Positions 11,518 through 22,573 are shown, counted from the stretch's first letter. The stretch is 64,000 nucleotides of DNA from an uncultured SAR86 cluster bacterium (GCA_902586925.1 CACIJE010000001.1:671666-735665); one strand, 5' to 3'. The notes: generated by a model from the letters alone, not told the origin. A program made the numbers and translations.

Positions 11518-12006
11518 ATGAATATAGATGATTACAAAAACATTATTAGACCTGTTGTTGTTAGAAACAACTGCTACTTGTGGGGTATTGAAATACTAAG
11601 GGGCAAGAAAAAAAATACATTAAGAGTTTATATCGATTCAAAAAATAATGTAGATATAAACGATTGTGAAGTTATTTCAAAAGACTTGTCTTATGAACCT
11701 GAGATAGATATTAATTTAGGTGACAATTATACATTAGAGGTATCAACACCCGGTATTGACAGAAAATTTTTTGAATTAAGTCAACTCACAGACTATTTAG
11801 GCGAAGAAATTGAAATTAAAACTAAGACTCTAAATAATGGAAATAGGAAATTTTTGGGTAAATTACTAAGATGTAATAAAACTTGTATTGTAATTTTAGA
11901 AACAAAAAGTTTAACTGAAATTAAATTTAAATTTTCTGATATTGATTTATGCAAATTAAAACCGGATTATAATAATCTTATGAGGGACAGTTCAAATGGA
12001 AAGTAA
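11518..12006 (+). CDS. rimP: Ribosome maturation factor RimP
   Basis: It occupies the conserved position between metY and nusA, and its size is about 160 aa from the ATG at 11518. The track ORF starts at a GTG at 11485, inside the terminator hairpin. It has the typical LEVSTPGIDR motif. Confidence 0.85.
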   Translation: MNIDDYKNIIRPVVVRNNCYLWGIEILRGKKKNTLRVYIDSKNNVDINDCEVISKDLSYEPEIDINLGDNYTLEVSTPGIDRKFFELSQLTDYLGEEIEIKTKTLNNGNRKFLGKLLRCNKTCIVILETKSLTEIKFKFSDIDLCKLKPDYNNLMRDSSNGK

Positions 12007-13459
12007 CGAAATATTGGCTGTAGTAGATTCTGTTTCTACAGAAAAAGGCATTGAAAAAGAAATAATTTTCAGTGCAATTGAAATTGCAATTGCATCAGCA
12101 TCACAAAGACATTTTCACGAGGATGCAGATCTCTATGTGAAGATTGATAAAGATACAGGAGAATACTCAACTTTCAGAAATTGGATTGTTTTTGACGAAT
12201 CTAATGAAGAGTTTCATCACGAAACTCATATATCAAAAATTGACTCTGATCTGGAGTTAGGAGAAGTTTTTTCACAGCAACAAGAAAATATCACATTTGG
12301 CAGGATAGAGACTCAAGCTGCAAGACAAGTAATGCTTCAAAAAGTAAGAGAAGCTGAAAGAGAAAAAGTTGTTGATCAATTTAGATCAAAAGATAACAAA
12401 CTTGTTAGCGGCTCTGTAAAAAGAGTTACAAGAGATAATATTATTGTTGATATTACACATGAAGCAGAAGCATTACTCCCAAGAGATAAGTTAATGCCTG
12501 GCGAAATCTACAAAATTAATGATAGGATCAGAGCTATTCTTCAAATTGTTGAGATTGAAGGAAGAGGGCCTCAACTAATGTTAAATCGTTCATGCCCAGA
12601 AATGGTAACAGAGTTATTTAATATCGAAGTTCCTGAGATAAATGAAGATATTATTGAGATAAGAGGAATTGCAAGGGATGCAGGTTCGAGATCGAAAATA
12701 GCGGTAAAAACAAACGATGGTCGAATTGATCCTGTTGGTGCATGTGTTGGTATGAGAGGGTCAAGAGTTCAAGCAGTATCATCTGAATTAGGCAATGAAA
12801 GAATAGACATAATTATCTATGATGATAATCCTGCTCAACTAGTTATAAACGCACTATCCCCAGCAAAAGTTGAATCAATTGTTATGGATGAGGACTCAAG
12901 ATCGATGGAAATTGCTGTGAATGAAGATAATCTTGCTTTAGCTATTGGATCTAGGGGTCAAAATATTAGACTAGCCTCTAGATTAGTTGGATGGGATCTA
13001 AATATAATCAGTAACGAAGAGGCTGAAGCAAAAGTTAAAGTAGATGAAACAGAGTTTTTAGCAAAAATTATAGACTCTCTCTCTGTCAAAGAAGAAATTG
13101 CAGAAAAATTAATTAATTCAGGATTTTCGTCCTTCGATGATATAGCTTATGCAAATGACGATATTTTGAAAGAATTCATTGATTCTAATGAGGAAGTTGT
13201 AAGAATTAAATCAGCATCTGAAGATGCAGCACTTCTTGAGGCGATGGTTGTAGTTACTGAAGAGGAAGATAATATTGAATCACTATCAGATTTGAAATTG
13301 GATGAAGAAAACATTAAAAAATTATCAAATAAAGGTATTAAAAATAAAGATGATCTGGCTGAACTCTCAATAGATGAACTTCAAGATATTATTGAGATTA
13401 CCTCAGATGAAGCCTCAGACATGATAATGAAAGCAAGAGAACATTGGTTCAGCAAATAG
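11996..13459 (+). CDS. nusA: Transcription termination/antitermination factor NusA
   Basis: 487 aa. It has an N-terminal domain, S1, KH1/KH2 (GACVGMRGSRVQAVSSELGNERIDII; AIGSRGQNIRLASRLVGW) and acidic C-terminal repeats. Confidence 0.96.
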   Translation: MESNEILAVVDSVSTEKGIEKEIIFSAIEIAIASASQRHFHEDADLYVKIDKDTGEYSTFRNWIVFDESNEEFHHETHISKIDSDLELGEVFSQQQENITFGRIETQAARQVMLQKVREAEREKVVDQFRSKDNKLVSGSVKRVTRDNIIVDITHEAEALLPRDKLMPGEIYKINDRIRAILQIVEIEGRGPQLMLNRSCPEMVTELFNIEVPEINEDIIEIRGIARDAGSRSKIAVKTNDGRIDPVGACVGMRGSRVQAVSSELGNERIDIIIYDDNPAQLVINALSPAKVESIVMDEDSRSMEIAVNEDNLALAIGSRGQNIRLASRLVGWDLNIISNEEAEAKVKVDETEFLAKIIDSLSVKEEIAEKLINSGFSSFDDIAYANDDILKEFIDSNEEVVRIKSASEDAALLEAMVVVTEEEDNIESLSDLKLDEENIKKLSNKGIKNKDDLAELSIDELQDIIEITSDEASDMIMKAREHWFSK

Positions 13460-13469
13460 GTAAAATATT

Positions 13470-15737
13470 TTGGCAGTCACAGTAAAAGATTTCGCAAAAA
13501 CATTAAAGATTACAGATAAAGCTCTTCTTGATAGAATGCAAAAAGCAGGTCTGAGACACTCAAAAGGCACTGACGAAATCACTCCGTCTGATAAACAAGC
13601 ACTTTTGAAATCCTTAAAAGGTGTTCAGTCATCACCAACCTCCAAGTCAGTTACTTCTGAATCTGGAGTTAAAGTTACATCAAAAGGTAAGGTTGTTTCT
13701 ACTTCTTCATCACAAAGGAGTTATTCAGATAATATTGAAGCAAAAAGAGCAGCTGCTTCTGAGCAACTCAGAGAACAGCAAACTAAAAGAAAAGAACAAT
13801 TAAAAGAGGCGGTTAAACAAAAACAAGATCAAAAAAATAAAAAAGTAATTAAAACAAAAGAGTCTTCAAATCAAAAAATTATAAATGTAAAAGATCAGTT
13901 ATCTAGTGCTGTAAAAGCTTTTAAAAGTAAAGAAGAGTCAATATTTGATGATAAACACCAATTTGAAGTACCTACGGAATTTATAAAAAAAGATATTGAG
14001 GTACCTGAAACAATTCAAGTTGGAGAACTTGCAAAACTGATGGCAGTCAAAGGAGGCGTGGTTGTAAAAAATCTAATGAGTTTAGGTGTAGTTGCTACTA
14101 TCAATGATGTTATTGATCAAGAAACAGCAATATTAGTTATAGAAGAAATTGGACATAACGGAATAGCATTAGAAAAAGAAAATCTAGAAGAAGATTTGGC
14201 TAATTTAATTAAGTATGAAGATCAACCCAAAACAAGGCCACCAGTTATTACAGTTATGGGTCACGTTGACCATGGTAAAACAACTCTTCTTGATTATATT
14301 AGAAAAACAAAAGTAGTTGATGGTGAGGCTGGAGGAATAACTCAGCACATAGGTGCATATGATGTAATTACTTCAAAAGGAAAGTTAACCTTTATTGATA
14401 CCCCTGGCCATGCTGCATTTTCATTAATGAGAGCAAGAGGGGCAAATACAACTGATATTGTTGTTTTGGTAGTTGCTGCTAATGATGGCATTAAGCCACA
14501 AACAGAAGAAGCAATCGATCATGCAAAAGCGGCTAATGTTTCGATAGTTGTTGCAATAAACAAAATTGACTTAGATGGTGCAGACATTGATAAGGTTAAA
14601 GGCGACCTTGCTGCAAAAGATTTAACACCAGAAGATTGGGGTGGAAATATTCAAATGATTCCAGTATCAGCATTAAAAGGTGATGGTATTGATGATCTTC
14701 TCGAGAGAATTGCTCTTGAAGCAGAAATACTTGAATTAAAAGCCCATTATGATGGAGCAGCACAAGGAGTGGTTATTGAATCTGAACTTGATAAATTTAG
14801 AGGTTCTGTCGCAACATTATTAATTCAAAATGGCACACTTCAAGCCGGTGATTTAGTAGTTTCTGGGAATGCAATGGGAAAAATTAAAAGTATTATTAAC
14901 AGTGATGGAAATAAAATTAAATCAGCATTACCGTCAGCAGCCGTTGAGGTTTTAGGTTTAAATCTTGTTCCAAATGCAGGAGATAAATTTCAAGTTGTTA
15001 AAAATGAAAAGCAGGCAAGAGAAATTGCACAATATAGATTAACAAAAGAAAAAGAGAAGAAACTTCTCAAGCAGAAAGATGAAACAACAGGCGATTTATT
15101 TGAAACTCTTGGCCAGGACGCTAAAAAAGTGCTGAACGTCATTGTAAAAACTGATGTAGGAGGAACATGTGAAGCTATAAATGCAGCATTGAATGACTTA
15201 GGTAATGAAAAAGCTAAAGTAAAAATTGTTTCTAGTGGCGTTGGAGGTATTAGTGAGTCGGATGCAAATCTCGCGGTTGCAGTTGACTCTATAATAATTG
15301 GATTTAATGTTAGGGCAGATAGTACTGCAAAGAAAATTATAGAGTCCGAATTAGTACCTTTAAGCTATCACAGCATTATTTATGAGCTTTTAGACGATGT
15401 AAAAGCAAGAATGAGCGGTATGTTAGATCCTATAGTAAAAGAGGTTATTGTCGGAACTGCAGAAGTTCTTGAAGTATTCAATTCTCCTAAGTTTGGTCAA
15501 GTTGCAGGTTGTAATGTTATCGAAGGTAATGTCTTACGGAATAAACCGGTCAGAGTTTTAAGAGATGATATAGTTATATTTGAAGGAGAACTTAATTCTT
15601 TGAGGAGATTTAAAGAAGATGTAAATGAGGTAAAGAATGGTAACGAATGTGGAATGGGAATTAAAAACTATAAAGATATTAAGCCTGGTGACAAAATAGA
15701 AGTTTTTGATAGAAAGGAAGAATCACAGTCAATATAG
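13470..15737 (+). CDS. infB: Translation initiation factor IF-2 (TTG start)
   Basis: 755 aa. G-domain motifs are [17 protein letters not shown] and NKID. It has a Lys/Ser/Gln-rich N-terminal region and the conserved C2 domain. Confidence 0.96.
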   Translation: MAVTVKDFAKTLKITDKALLDRMQKAGLRHSKGTDEITPSDKQALLKSLKGVQSSPTSKSVTSESGVKVTSKGKVVSTSSSQRSYSDNIEAKRAAASEQLREQQTKRKEQLKEAVKQKQDQKNKKVIKTKESSNQKIINVKDQLSSAVKAFKSKEESIFDDKHQFEVPTEFIKKDIEVPETIQVGELAKLMAVKGGVVVKNLMSLGVVATINDVIDQETAILVIEEIGHNGIALEKENLEEDLANLIKYEDQPKTRPPVITVMGHVDHGKTTLLDYIRKTKVVDGEAGGITQHIGAYDVITSKGKLTFIDTPGHAAFSLMRARGANTTDIVVLVVAANDGIKPQTEEAIDHAKAANVSIVVAINKIDLDGADIDKVKGDLAAKDLTPEDWGGNIQMIPVSALKGDGIDDLLERIALEAEILELKAHYDGAAQGVVIESELDKFRGSVATLLIQNGTLQAGDLVVSGNAMGKIKSIINSDGNKIKSALPSAAVEVLGLNLVPNAGDKFQVVKNEKQAREIAQYRLTKEKEKKLLKQKDETTGDLFETLGQDAKKVLNVIVKTDVGGTCEAINAALNDLGNEKAKVKIVSSGVGGISESDANLAVAVDSIIIGFNVRADSTAKKIIESELVPLSYHSIIYELLDDVKARMSGMLDPIVKEVIVGTAEVLEVFNSPKFGQVAGCNVIEGNVLRNKPVRVLRDDIVIFEGELNSLRRFKEDVNEVKNGNECGMGIKNYKDIKPGDKIEVFDRKEESQSI

Positions 15738-15743
15738 TCTTTT

Positions 15744-16091
15744 ATGTCATCAAATAGACCTGAAAAAATTGCAGATTTACTTAAAAAAGAAGTTTCAATA
15801 ATTCTGAGTCAGGAGGTAAGAGACCCTAGATTACATAACATTAATATAACTGCTGTAAAAGTTACAGATGATATCAGCATAGCATATGTTTATTACACAA
15901 TAATTGGGAAATCTATAAACATTAAAGAAAGCAAAATTGAAAACGATGTTTTAATAAAACTTTCTGGTATGGTTAGATCTAAAATATCAAAGTTAATTAA
16001 AATGCGAAGAGTTCCAAAAATCATTTTTAAATTTGATGAAAGTATAGAATATAGTGAAAATATAGAGAAACTTTTAAAAAATATAAATTAA
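15744..16091 (+). CDS. rbfA: Ribosome-binding factor A
   Basis: 115 aa, with the typical RbfA start (R..KIADLLKKEVS.IL..EVRDPRL). It sits in the infB-rbfA-truB position. Confidence 0.88.
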   Translation: MSSNRPEKIADLLKKEVSIILSQEVRDPRLHNINITAVKVTDDISIAYVYYTIIGKSINIKESKIENDVLIKLSGMVRSKISKLIKMRRVPKIIFKFDESIEYSENIEKLLKNIN

Positions 16092-16092
16092 A

Positions 16093-16944
16093 ATGAACGG
16101 CTTTTTGCTTGTAAATAAAGAAAAAGGACATTCATCAAATAGTGTTGTTCAAAAAATTAAAAAAAATTTTTCAGTCAATAAAGTAGGACATTTAGGTACC
16201 TTAGATCCTGATGCAGTTGGCCTGTTAATAATTGCCATAAACAGAGCAACTAAATTTTCTAGTTATTTTTTAAATTCTGATAAATCTTATTTTGTTGAAA
16301 TTCAACTTGGAATTATTACAGATACTGACGATGCAACTGGCAATATAATAAAACAATGCGATGTAAATTGTAAGCAAGATGAGGTGAGAAAAGAAATTGA
16401 GGGTTTTAGAGGCTTATCTATGCAAAAACCACCTTTTTTTTCTGCGTTAAAGCATAAAGGTAAACCGCTATATAAATATGCACGAAAAGGGGTGTTTATC
16501 AATAAAGATTTAAGAAAAATAGAAATAAAAAAAATTAAAAATATTACTTACAAGGACAGTATATGTGCCTTTGAGATTAGTTGTTCAAAGGGAACATATA
16601 TCAGATCAATTGCTAGAGACTTGGGTGAAAATCTTGGTTGTGGCGGTCATATGCTATCTTTAAAAAGGATTAGCCAACACAATTTTAATATTAAAAATGC
16701 CTTCACTATTAATAAAATTTCCATGAATCAGTTAATCGGGATAGATCATGCCTTTAAAAACTTTAATGAAATTAATCTTAACGAAAGCGACACTAAAAAA
16801 TTTGTTAATGGTGTGAGGTTCACCAATGAGGAATTAAGAGAATTATGGAAAATTAATTTAAACAGAATTTATAGTGATCGGGGAGCATTTCTTGGTATAG
16901 GGGAAATAAAAATGGGTTATCTTAAGCACAAACAACTTGTTTAA
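16093..16944 (+). CDS. truB: tRNA pseudouridine-55 synthase TruB
   Basis: 283 aa. It has the GFLLVNKEKGHSS motif and the catalytic Asp motif GHLGTLDP. Confidence 0.92.
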   Translation: MNGFLLVNKEKGHSSNSVVQKIKKNFSVNKVGHLGTLDPDAVGLLIIAINRATKFSSYFLNSDKSYFVEIQLGIITDTDDATGNIIKQCDVNCKQDEVRKEIEGFRGLSMQKPPFFSALKHKGKPLYKYARKGVFINKDLRKIEIKKIKNITYKDSICAFEISCSKGTYIRSIARDLGENLGCGGHMLSLKRISQHNFNIKNAFTINKISMNQLIGIDHAFKNFNEINLNESDTKKFVNGVRFTNEELRELWKINLNRIYSDRGAFLGIGEIKMGYLKHKQLV

Positions 16945-17031
16945 TATATTAATAAGTTATAATATTCGCACGCTTACTTTAGTAATGTGAGGTTTGCATA
17001 ATTCATATATAACATTACGAGGATAAATATA

Positions 17032-17301
17032 ATGGCATTATTAACTGAAGAGAAAGCTAGTATAGTAGAGAAATTTAAAAGAAATGAGGGTGATACTGGA
17101 TCGCCTGAAGTTCAGATAGCGCTTTTGACACAGAATATTAATAAACTTCAAAGTCATTTTAAAAATCATAATAAAGATCATCATTCCAGATCTGGTTTAA
17201 TCAGAATGGTAAATCTCAGAAGGAAGTTATTAGCATATTTAAAGAGAAAAGATTCTAAAAGTTACTCGGAGTTAGTAAAGAAACTCAACATAAGAGGCTA
17301 A
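17032..17301 (+). CDS. rpsO: 30S ribosomal protein S15
   Basis: 89 aa, with [28 protein letters not shown]. The SD GAGGA lies upstream. Confidence 0.96.
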   Translation: MALLTEEKASIVEKFKRNEGDTGSPEVQIALLTQNINKLQSHFKNHNKDHHSRSGLIRMVNLRRKLLAYLKRKDSKSYSELVKKLNIRG

Positions 17302-17327
17302 TATCAACAATTATAAAAAGGAAAATC

Positions 17328-19433
17328 GTGGAAAGTAATAAATTAGAATCTACAAATGTAGAATTTCAGTACGGAAATCAAACAGTAAAACTAGAAACAA
17401 ATAAAGTTGCAAGACAGGCAACTTCAGCAGTAATGGTAACAATTGGAGACTTGGTAGTTCTTACAACAGTGGTTGCAAAAAAAGAATCAGATCCTAGTAA
17501 GGATTTTTTTCCACTCGCAGTTTTTTACCAAGAAAAATTTTACGCAACAGGAAGAATTCCAGGAGGTTTTTTTAAAAGAGAAGCAAGACCAACCGAAAGA
17601 GAAACCCTTACATCAAGACTTATTGATAGACCAATAAGGCCAATGTTCCCAGATTATTTTACAAATGAAGTACAGATTTTTTGTACAGTTATGTCATCAG
17701 ATAAAAAACAAAATCCTGACATTGCTGCAATGATTGGTGCTTCAGCAGCTCTTTCAATTTCGGGTGTTCCTTTTGATGGACCTATGGGTGCTGCGCGCGT
17801 TGGTTTTATAGATGGTGAATATATTTTAAATCCTAGTTTTGAACAATTAAACGAATCATATCTAGACATGGTTGTTGCAGGCACAGATGAGGCAGTGCTA
17901 ATGGTTGAGTCAGAAGCAAAAGAACTTAATGAAGATTTAATGTTAGGTGCAGTTCTCTTTGGACATCAAGAAATGAAAGCAGTCATTAATGCTTGTAATG
18001 AATTGAAAGAAAAAACTGGTAGCGAAATGTGGAATATAGAAATACCTGTTAATGAAAATACATATTATCAGGAGATAGAATCTGAATTTAAAGTACAAAT
18101 TGACAAAGCTTTTAAAATTTCAAACAAATCCCAACGTAATGAAGCATTGAAAGTTATACGAAATGACATACAAGAAAAATATAACGAACTTGATGAGATT
18201 GAAATGGATAAATTAATGGGAGATTTTAAGAAACTAGAAAAAGACTTAGTTAGAAGTAATATCTTAAATAATTTGCCTAGAATTGATGGAAGAGATCTTG
18301 ATACTGTAAGACCAATTTTTGTCGAAACTAACGTTTTACCAGCAACACATGGATCAGCACTTTTTACTAGGGGAGAAACACAAGCGATTGTAGTAGCAAC
18401 TCTAGGGTCCTCAAGAGATGCGCAAAGAATTGAATCAATTGAGGGTGAAGGTAGTGACAATTTTATGTTGCACTATAATTTTCCTGCATATAGTGTTGGT
18501 GAAATTGGAATGCCAATGGGTCCAAAAAGACGTGAAATTGGACATGGTAACTTAGCTAAAAGAGCTATAAAAGCAGTTTTACCTGATTTAGATGATTTTG
18601 GATATACAATGAGAGTTGTATCTGAGATAACAGAATCAAATGGTTCAAGCTCAATGGCTTCAGTGTGTGGCACATCTTTGTCACTTATGGATGCAGGTGT
18701 GCCTCTCTCTAGTCCGGTCGCAGGTATTGCTATGGGGCTTATTAAAGAAGGAGATGATTTTGCAGTTTTAACAGATATATTAGGTGATGAAGATCACCTT
18801 GGTGATATGGATTTTAAAGTTGCAGGAACAGAAACTGGAATAACAGCTTTACAAATGGACATAAAAATATCCGGTATTAATGAGTCTATAATGGAAACGG
18901 CCTTAATAAAGGCAAAAGCAGCTAGAGAGCATATTTTAAAAATAATGAATGAAACAATATCAAAACCAAAAGAATTATCAGAAAATGCTCCAGCAATGAA
19001 GTCATTTATAGTAGACAAAGATAAAATTAAAGAAATCATCGGTAAAGGCGGTGCCGTAATTAAATCTATGCAAGAAAAAACAGGCGCAACAGTTGATATT
19101 AACGATGATGGAGTTGTTTCTGTGTTTGGTCAGAATCAATCTTCAATGCAAGAGTGCCTGGAGATTATCGAAGGGATTTTAGAAGAACCAGAATTAAACA
19201 AAGTATATAAGGGTAAAGTTGTTAAGATTGTTGAATTTGGTGCTTTTGTAAACATATTACCTGGAAAAGATGGTCTCCTCCACATATCTGAGATATCACA
19301 TGATAGAACTGAAAACGTTCAAGATGTTTTAGAAGAAGGACAAGAGGTTGATGTGAAATTAATTGGTTTTGATAGAGGAAAAATGAAACTATCGATCAAA
19401 GCATTGGCTTCCAAAGAAAAAGAATCTGAATAA
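17328..19433 (+). CDS. pnp: Polyribonucleotide nucleotidyltransferase (PNPase), GTG start
   Basis: 701 aa. It has two RNase PH domains ([22 protein letters not shown]; [16 protein letters not shown]), a KH domain (IGKGGAVIK) and a C-terminal S1 domain. Confidence 0.97.
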   Translation: MESNKLESTNVEFQYGNQTVKLETNKVARQATSAVMVTIGDLVVLTTVVAKKESDPSKDFFPLAVFYQEKFYATGRIPGGFFKREARPTERETLTSRLIDRPIRPMFPDYFTNEVQIFCTVMSSDKKQNPDIAAMIGASAALSISGVPFDGPMGAARVGFIDGEYILNPSFEQLNESYLDMVVAGTDEAVLMVESEAKELNEDLMLGAVLFGHQEMKAVINACNELKEKTGSEMWNIEIPVNENTYYQEIESEFKVQIDKAFKISNKSQRNEALKVIRNDIQEKYNELDEIEMDKLMGDFKKLEKDLVRSNILNNLPRIDGRDLDTVRPIFVETNVLPATHGSALFTRGETQAIVVATLGSSRDAQRIESIEGEGSDNFMLHYNFPAYSVGEIGMPMGPKRREIGHGNLAKRAIKAVLPDLDDFGYTMRVVSEITESNGSSSMASVCGTSLSLMDAGVPLSSPVAGIAMGLIKEGDDFAVLTDILGDEDHLGDMDFKVAGTETGITALQMDIKISGINESIMETALIKAKAAREHILKIMNETISKPKELSENAPAMKSFIVDKDKIKEIIGKGGAVIKSMQEKTGATVDINDDGVVSVFGQNQSSMQECLEIIEGILEEPELNKVYKGKVVKIVEFGAFVNILPGKDGLLHISEISHDRTENVQDVLEEGQEVDVKLIGFDRGKMKLSIKALASKEKESE

Positions 19434-19566
19434 CCTTTGCTTATTCTATATATTTACATATGTCAAATATTGTGTCTAAATTGTATTCACACAATTTGAT
19501 AAGCAAATTATTTTGTGCTTTTATTACCCCTGCGTACATAAATAAACCTAATAGGGGGGAGTAATT

Positions 19567-19788
19567 ATGAAAGCAATTGATACACTTAAAGGCATAGTAT
19601 CTGATCTAACATCACTTTTAATTGGTGTAGTAGGTTTGGGTGTTGTTGCTGGTATTGTATTTGGCGGCAATGTAGCATTTTTCAATGATGTTCTTGATGG
19701 ACTTCTTGGAGTTGTTTCAGTGCTTGGCGAAAATGGACTAGTAGGGCTATTAGTAGCTGCTATTCTAATTGGTTTGCTTAATAAGTAA
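19567..19788 (+). CDS. Small (73 aa) Gly/Val/Leu-rich two-helix membrane protein, unknown function
   Basis: A strong SD (GGGGGGAG) lies 5 nt upstream of the ATG. It has two hydrophobic segments separated by FGGNVAFFNDV and a paralog immediately downstream. Confidence 0.6.
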   Translation: MKAIDTLKGIVSDLTSLLIGVVGLGVVAGIVFGGNVAFFNDVLDGLLGVVSVLGENGLVGLLVAAILIGLLNK

Positions 19789-19797
19789 GCTTATAAT

Positions 19798-19822
19798 AAG
19801 AAGGGTCTTCTCGACCCTTCTT
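19798..19822. terminator. Perfect 10-bp inverted repeat hairpin between the two small membrane-protein genes
   Basis: AAGAAGGGTC-ttctc-GACCCTTCTT. There is no clear U-tract on either strand, so it could be an attenuator, RNA-processing site or stability element rather than a full terminator. Confidence 0.35.
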
Positions 19823-19832
19823 ACTTAATAAA

Positions 19833-20063
19833 ATGAAATATAAAACAATTTTAAATTCAACAAAAGATTTTTTTAAAAGGGTTACAGACGTATTAGTACC
19901 AGTTGTTTCTGTTGCATTATTGCTTGGTATTATATTTGGCCCTGATGCTCCATTCGTTGGTGACGTGTACAAAAATATTTCAGATCTTTTAAATCTTATT
20001 GGACCGGATGGCATTCTAGGACTTGTTGCAATAATAATTATTCTTGCATATCTAAAAAAATAA
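19833..20063 (+). CDS. Small (76 aa) two-helix membrane protein, paralog of 19567..19788
   Basis: It has the same architecture and aligned residues as the upstream ORF (G-I-[IV]-FG, F..DV, L.G..G[IL].GL, C-terminal L.K). Confidence 0.55.
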   Translation: MKYKTILNSTKDFFKRVTDVLVPVVSVALLLGIIFGPDAPFVGDVYKNISDLLNLIGPDGILGLVAIIIILAYLKK

Positions 20064-20068
20064 AAATC

Positions 20069-20145
20069 TGGTGGCTATGGGTGGAATTGAACCACCGACC
20101 CCAGCGTTATGAGTGCTGTGCTCTAACCATCTGAGCTACATAGCC
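20069..20145 (-). tRNA. Elongator tRNA-Met (anticodon CAT)
   Basis: The reverse complement is GGCTATGTAGCTCAGATGGTTAGAGCACAGCACTCATAACGCTGGGGTCGGTGGTTCAATTCCACCCATAGCCACCA. It closely resembles E. coli elongator tRNA-Met. A lysidine-modified tRNA-Ile2 cannot be fully excluded. Confidence 0.85.
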
Positions 20146-20188
20146 AATCGTTGAATGATAATATCAAAAACTTAAGAGTCAATTATTT

Positions 20189-21277
20189 CTATACATTAAA
20201 TTTGAAATGAATTATGTCTCCATCTTTTACAACATAATCCTTTCCTTCTAATCTGAGCTTTCCTTTTTCTTTTGCACCAGCTTCTCCTTTAAACATAACA
20301 AAATCGTCATAGTCAATAATTTCAGCTTTTATAAAGCCTCTTTCAAAGTCGGTATGTATAACACCTGCAGCATTTGGAGCTAAATCACCTTTTTTTATTG
20401 TCCAGGCTCTAATTTCATTTAAACCAGCAGTAAAAAATGTTTGAAGACCCAGCATTTTGTAGCCTTCAAATATAATTTTGTTAAGAACAGGCTCATCCAT
20501 TTCCATTAGCTCTAGATATTCTTTTCTTTCGCTTTCATTAAGTTCAGATATTTCTTGCTCAATTTTTATAGAGGCAGGGATAACAAATGATCCAAATCTT
20601 TTTGCTATTTCTTTAAGTTTTTCAAGCTCTTCAGAAGATTTATTTATATCTGAAACATTACCGATATAGAAAGTAGGCTTTGATGATAGTAATTGAAACT
20701 TTTTAATTGTTTTTTGTTGCTCTAGATCAAATTTTTTGATGTCAATAAGTTTTTCTTGCTCTAAATCTTTTTTTAAAATGTTAAGAAGTTCATATTGAAA
20801 TTTATTATCTTTGTCGTTAGTTTTTAGTAACTTTTCACATTTTAAAATTCTTTTATTTATGCTATCTAAATCTGACAAAATTAATTCAAGATTAATTATT
20901 TCAACATCTCTAATAGCGTCAACAGAACCATTCACGTGAGTGACATTCTCATCACTAAAACATCTTACAACGTGCGCAAGAGCACTCATTTCTCTTATAT
21001 TTGATAAAAATGAATTTCCTAAACCCTCACCTTCAGAAGCTCCTTTTACAAGACCAGCAATATCAACTAAATCTAAAGTTGCAGGCACAATTTTTTTTGA
21101 TTTGACTATATCATTTATATTATCAAGACGTTTATCAGGTAAAGGAACTTTACCTACATTAGGATCAATAGTGCAAAAGGGAAAGTTCTCAGCGGGTATT
21201 TTTGATTTTGTTAATGCATTAAACAAAGTAGATTTGCCTACATTCGGAAGACCAATTATTCCACATTTAAAACCCAT
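20189..21277 (-). CDS. ychF: Ribosome-binding ATPase YchF
   Basis: 362 aa, with G1 GIIGLPNVGKST, DIAGLV.GAS.GEGLGN and a C-terminal TGS-like domain. pth-ychF adjacency is conserved. Confidence 0.95.
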   Translation of the reverse strand: MGFKCGIIGLPNVGKSTLFNALTKSKIPAENFPFCTIDPNVGKVPLPDKRLDNINDIVKSKKIVPATLDLVDIAGLVKGASEGEGLGNSFLSNIREMSALAHVVRCFSDENVTHVNGSVDAIRDVEIINLELILSDLDSINKRILKCEKLLKTNDKDNKFQYELLNILKKDLEQEKLIDIKKFDLEQQKTIKKFQLLSSKPTFYIGNVSDINKSSEELEKLKEIAKRFGSFVIPASIKIEQEISELNESERKEYLELMEMDEPVLNKIIFEGYKMLGLQTFFTAGLNEIRAWTIKKGDLAPNAAGVIHTDFERGFIKAEIIDYDDFVMFKGEAGAKEKGKLRLEGKDYVVKDGDIIHFKFNV

Positions 21278-21280
21278 AAT

Positions 21281-21847
21281 TTACTTTGTATGAAGTGTTT
21301 TTTGGGCTGATTCAAATTTATTGTTTAATATTAATTCAAATATGTTTTCTAATTTTATAAAAGAATCTTCAATTATTTTTTTTTCATTTAATGAAAATTT
21401 AGTTAATACCCAATTCGTAACTTCACTTTTTGATCCAGGATGCCCTATTCCAATTCTAAGTCTTTTAAAATTATAATCACCAAGTTTAGATATGATGTCT
21501 CTTAATCCGTTATGACCTCCGTGACCACCATCCTCCTTTAATCTTAGTTCACCTATATCAAGATCAAGATCATCGTGCATTATTAAAATGTCTGTAATCT
21601 TTAAATTAGTTTTTTTAAGAATTTTTATAACAGTTTTACCAGAATTATTTACATAATTATCTGGTACTACCCATAAAATATTACCATTATGTGATTCTGC
21701 AACATCAGCCTCAAACCTTGATTTATTTTTAAATTCTTCAATAAAACTCTTTGATAAATTCAATAACCAATCTTTTCCAATATTATGTCTAGTATTGTTA
21801 TATTTTGAGCCTGGATTACCAAGCCCTATGATACAAAGCTTGTACAC
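21281..21847 (-). CDS. pth: Peptidyl-tRNA hydrolase
   Basis: The motif KLCIIGLGNPGSKYNNTRHNIG lies right at the N-terminus when started from the GTG at 21847-21845, 4 nt after the rplY stop. The 239-aa track ORF would overlap rplY by about 150 nt, so I reject it. Confidence 0.88.
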   Translation of the reverse strand: MYKLCIIGLGNPGSKYNNTRHNIGKDWLLNLSKSFIEEFKNKSRFEADVAESHNGNILWVVPDNYVNNSGKTVIKILKKTNLKITDILIMHDDLDLDIGELRLKEDGGHGGHNGLRDIISKLGDYNFKRLRIGIGHPGSKSEVTNWVLTKFSLNEKKIIEDSFIKLENIFELILNNKFESAQKTLHTK

Positions 21848-21851
21848 AGAA

Positions 21852-22565
21852 CTATGACTCTTCAGTTTCTTTATCGCCAGAAGATTCTGAAGGTGCATTA
21901 TCTCCAGATTCATCTTTTTCTTCGCCTCCATCTTCAGAAACTTCTTCTCCTTCAACAGTTTCATCAATGATGGGTTCTTCCTCCACAGCCTTCGGTGCAT
22001 TTACCGATACAACCATTTGATCAGTTTCATCACTAAGACCGGGTATTTCAGAACCCTCTGGTAAAGATATTTCAGTTAGTCTTAAAGAATCCCCAAGATT
22101 AAGATTAGCTATGTCAATATCTATAGATTCAGGAATATTTCCTGCAAGACACATAATTTCAATTTCTCTTATAGCTTTTGCAACGACCCCACCATCTTCT
22201 TTAATACCAACACAGTCCTCTTCATTTAAAAAGTTAACAGGTATTATGACTTTTAATTTAGTTTTGCTAGAAACGCGTTGAAAATCTGCATGAAGAAATT
22301 TACCTTTTGCAGGATCTTTTTGTAGTTCTTTTAATACAACCTTTTCTTCACTACCCTCAGTTTTTATGAGCAAAACCTGCGTATAAAAGAGCTCATTTTG
22401 AGCAGCTTTTGTAAGTTCATTCAACCGTAATTTTAGGTTTAGAGTTTCTTTTTCATCACCATAAACAATTGCAGGAATCATTCCATCAACTTTTCTTATA
22501 ACGCGTGCCTTGTTAGAGCCTGTTCTTTCTCTCAAATCTGCATTTAAAATAATTTGATCTGTCAT
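21852..22565 (-). CDS. rplY: 50S ribosomal protein L25 / general stress protein Ctc (long form, acidic tail)
   Basis: 237 aa. It has the L25 N-domain (R...GS..ARR.R..G.IPAIVYG pattern) plus a Ctc C-domain and an acidic C-terminus. It sits in the prs-rplY-pth position. Confidence 0.9.
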   Translation of the reverse strand: MTDQIILNADLRERTGSNKARVIRKVDGMIPAIVYGDEKETLNLKLRLNELTKAAQNELFYTQVLLIKTEGSEEKVVLKELQKDPAKGKFLHADFQRVSSKTKLKVIIPVNFLNEEDCVGIKEDGGVVAKAIREIEIMCLAGNIPESIDIDIANLNLGDSLRLTEISLPEGSEIPGLSDETDQMVVSVNAPKAVEEEPIIDETVEGEEVSEDGGEEKDESGDNAPSESSGDKETEES

Positions 22566-22573
22566 AATTTTCC

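Noticed and set aside
13621-13803. 60-aa alternative-frame ORF inside infB
   Set aside because: It lies within the low-complexity Lys/Ser/Gln-rich N-terminal region of IF-2. This is a frame artefact.
19481-19513. ATTGTGT…ACACAAT inverted repeat after pnp as a terminator
   Set aside because: It is only a 7-bp AT-rich stem with a loop of about 13 nt and no U-tract, which is too weak to call. It could equally be chance or part of the leader of the small membrane-protein genes.
19778-20014. 78-aa minus-strand ORF overlapping the second small membrane-protein gene
   Set aside because: It is antisense to an ORF that has a paralog and a consistent hydrophobic architecture. The antisense product has no features or start context.
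21848-22000. N-terminal extension of the pth ORF (239-aa version) overlapping rplY by about 150 nt
   Set aside because: The conserved Pth N-terminus (KLCIIGLGNPG) begins right after a GTG at 21847, 4 nt downstream of the rplY stop. The extension has no similarity to Pth and would require a long same-strand overlap.
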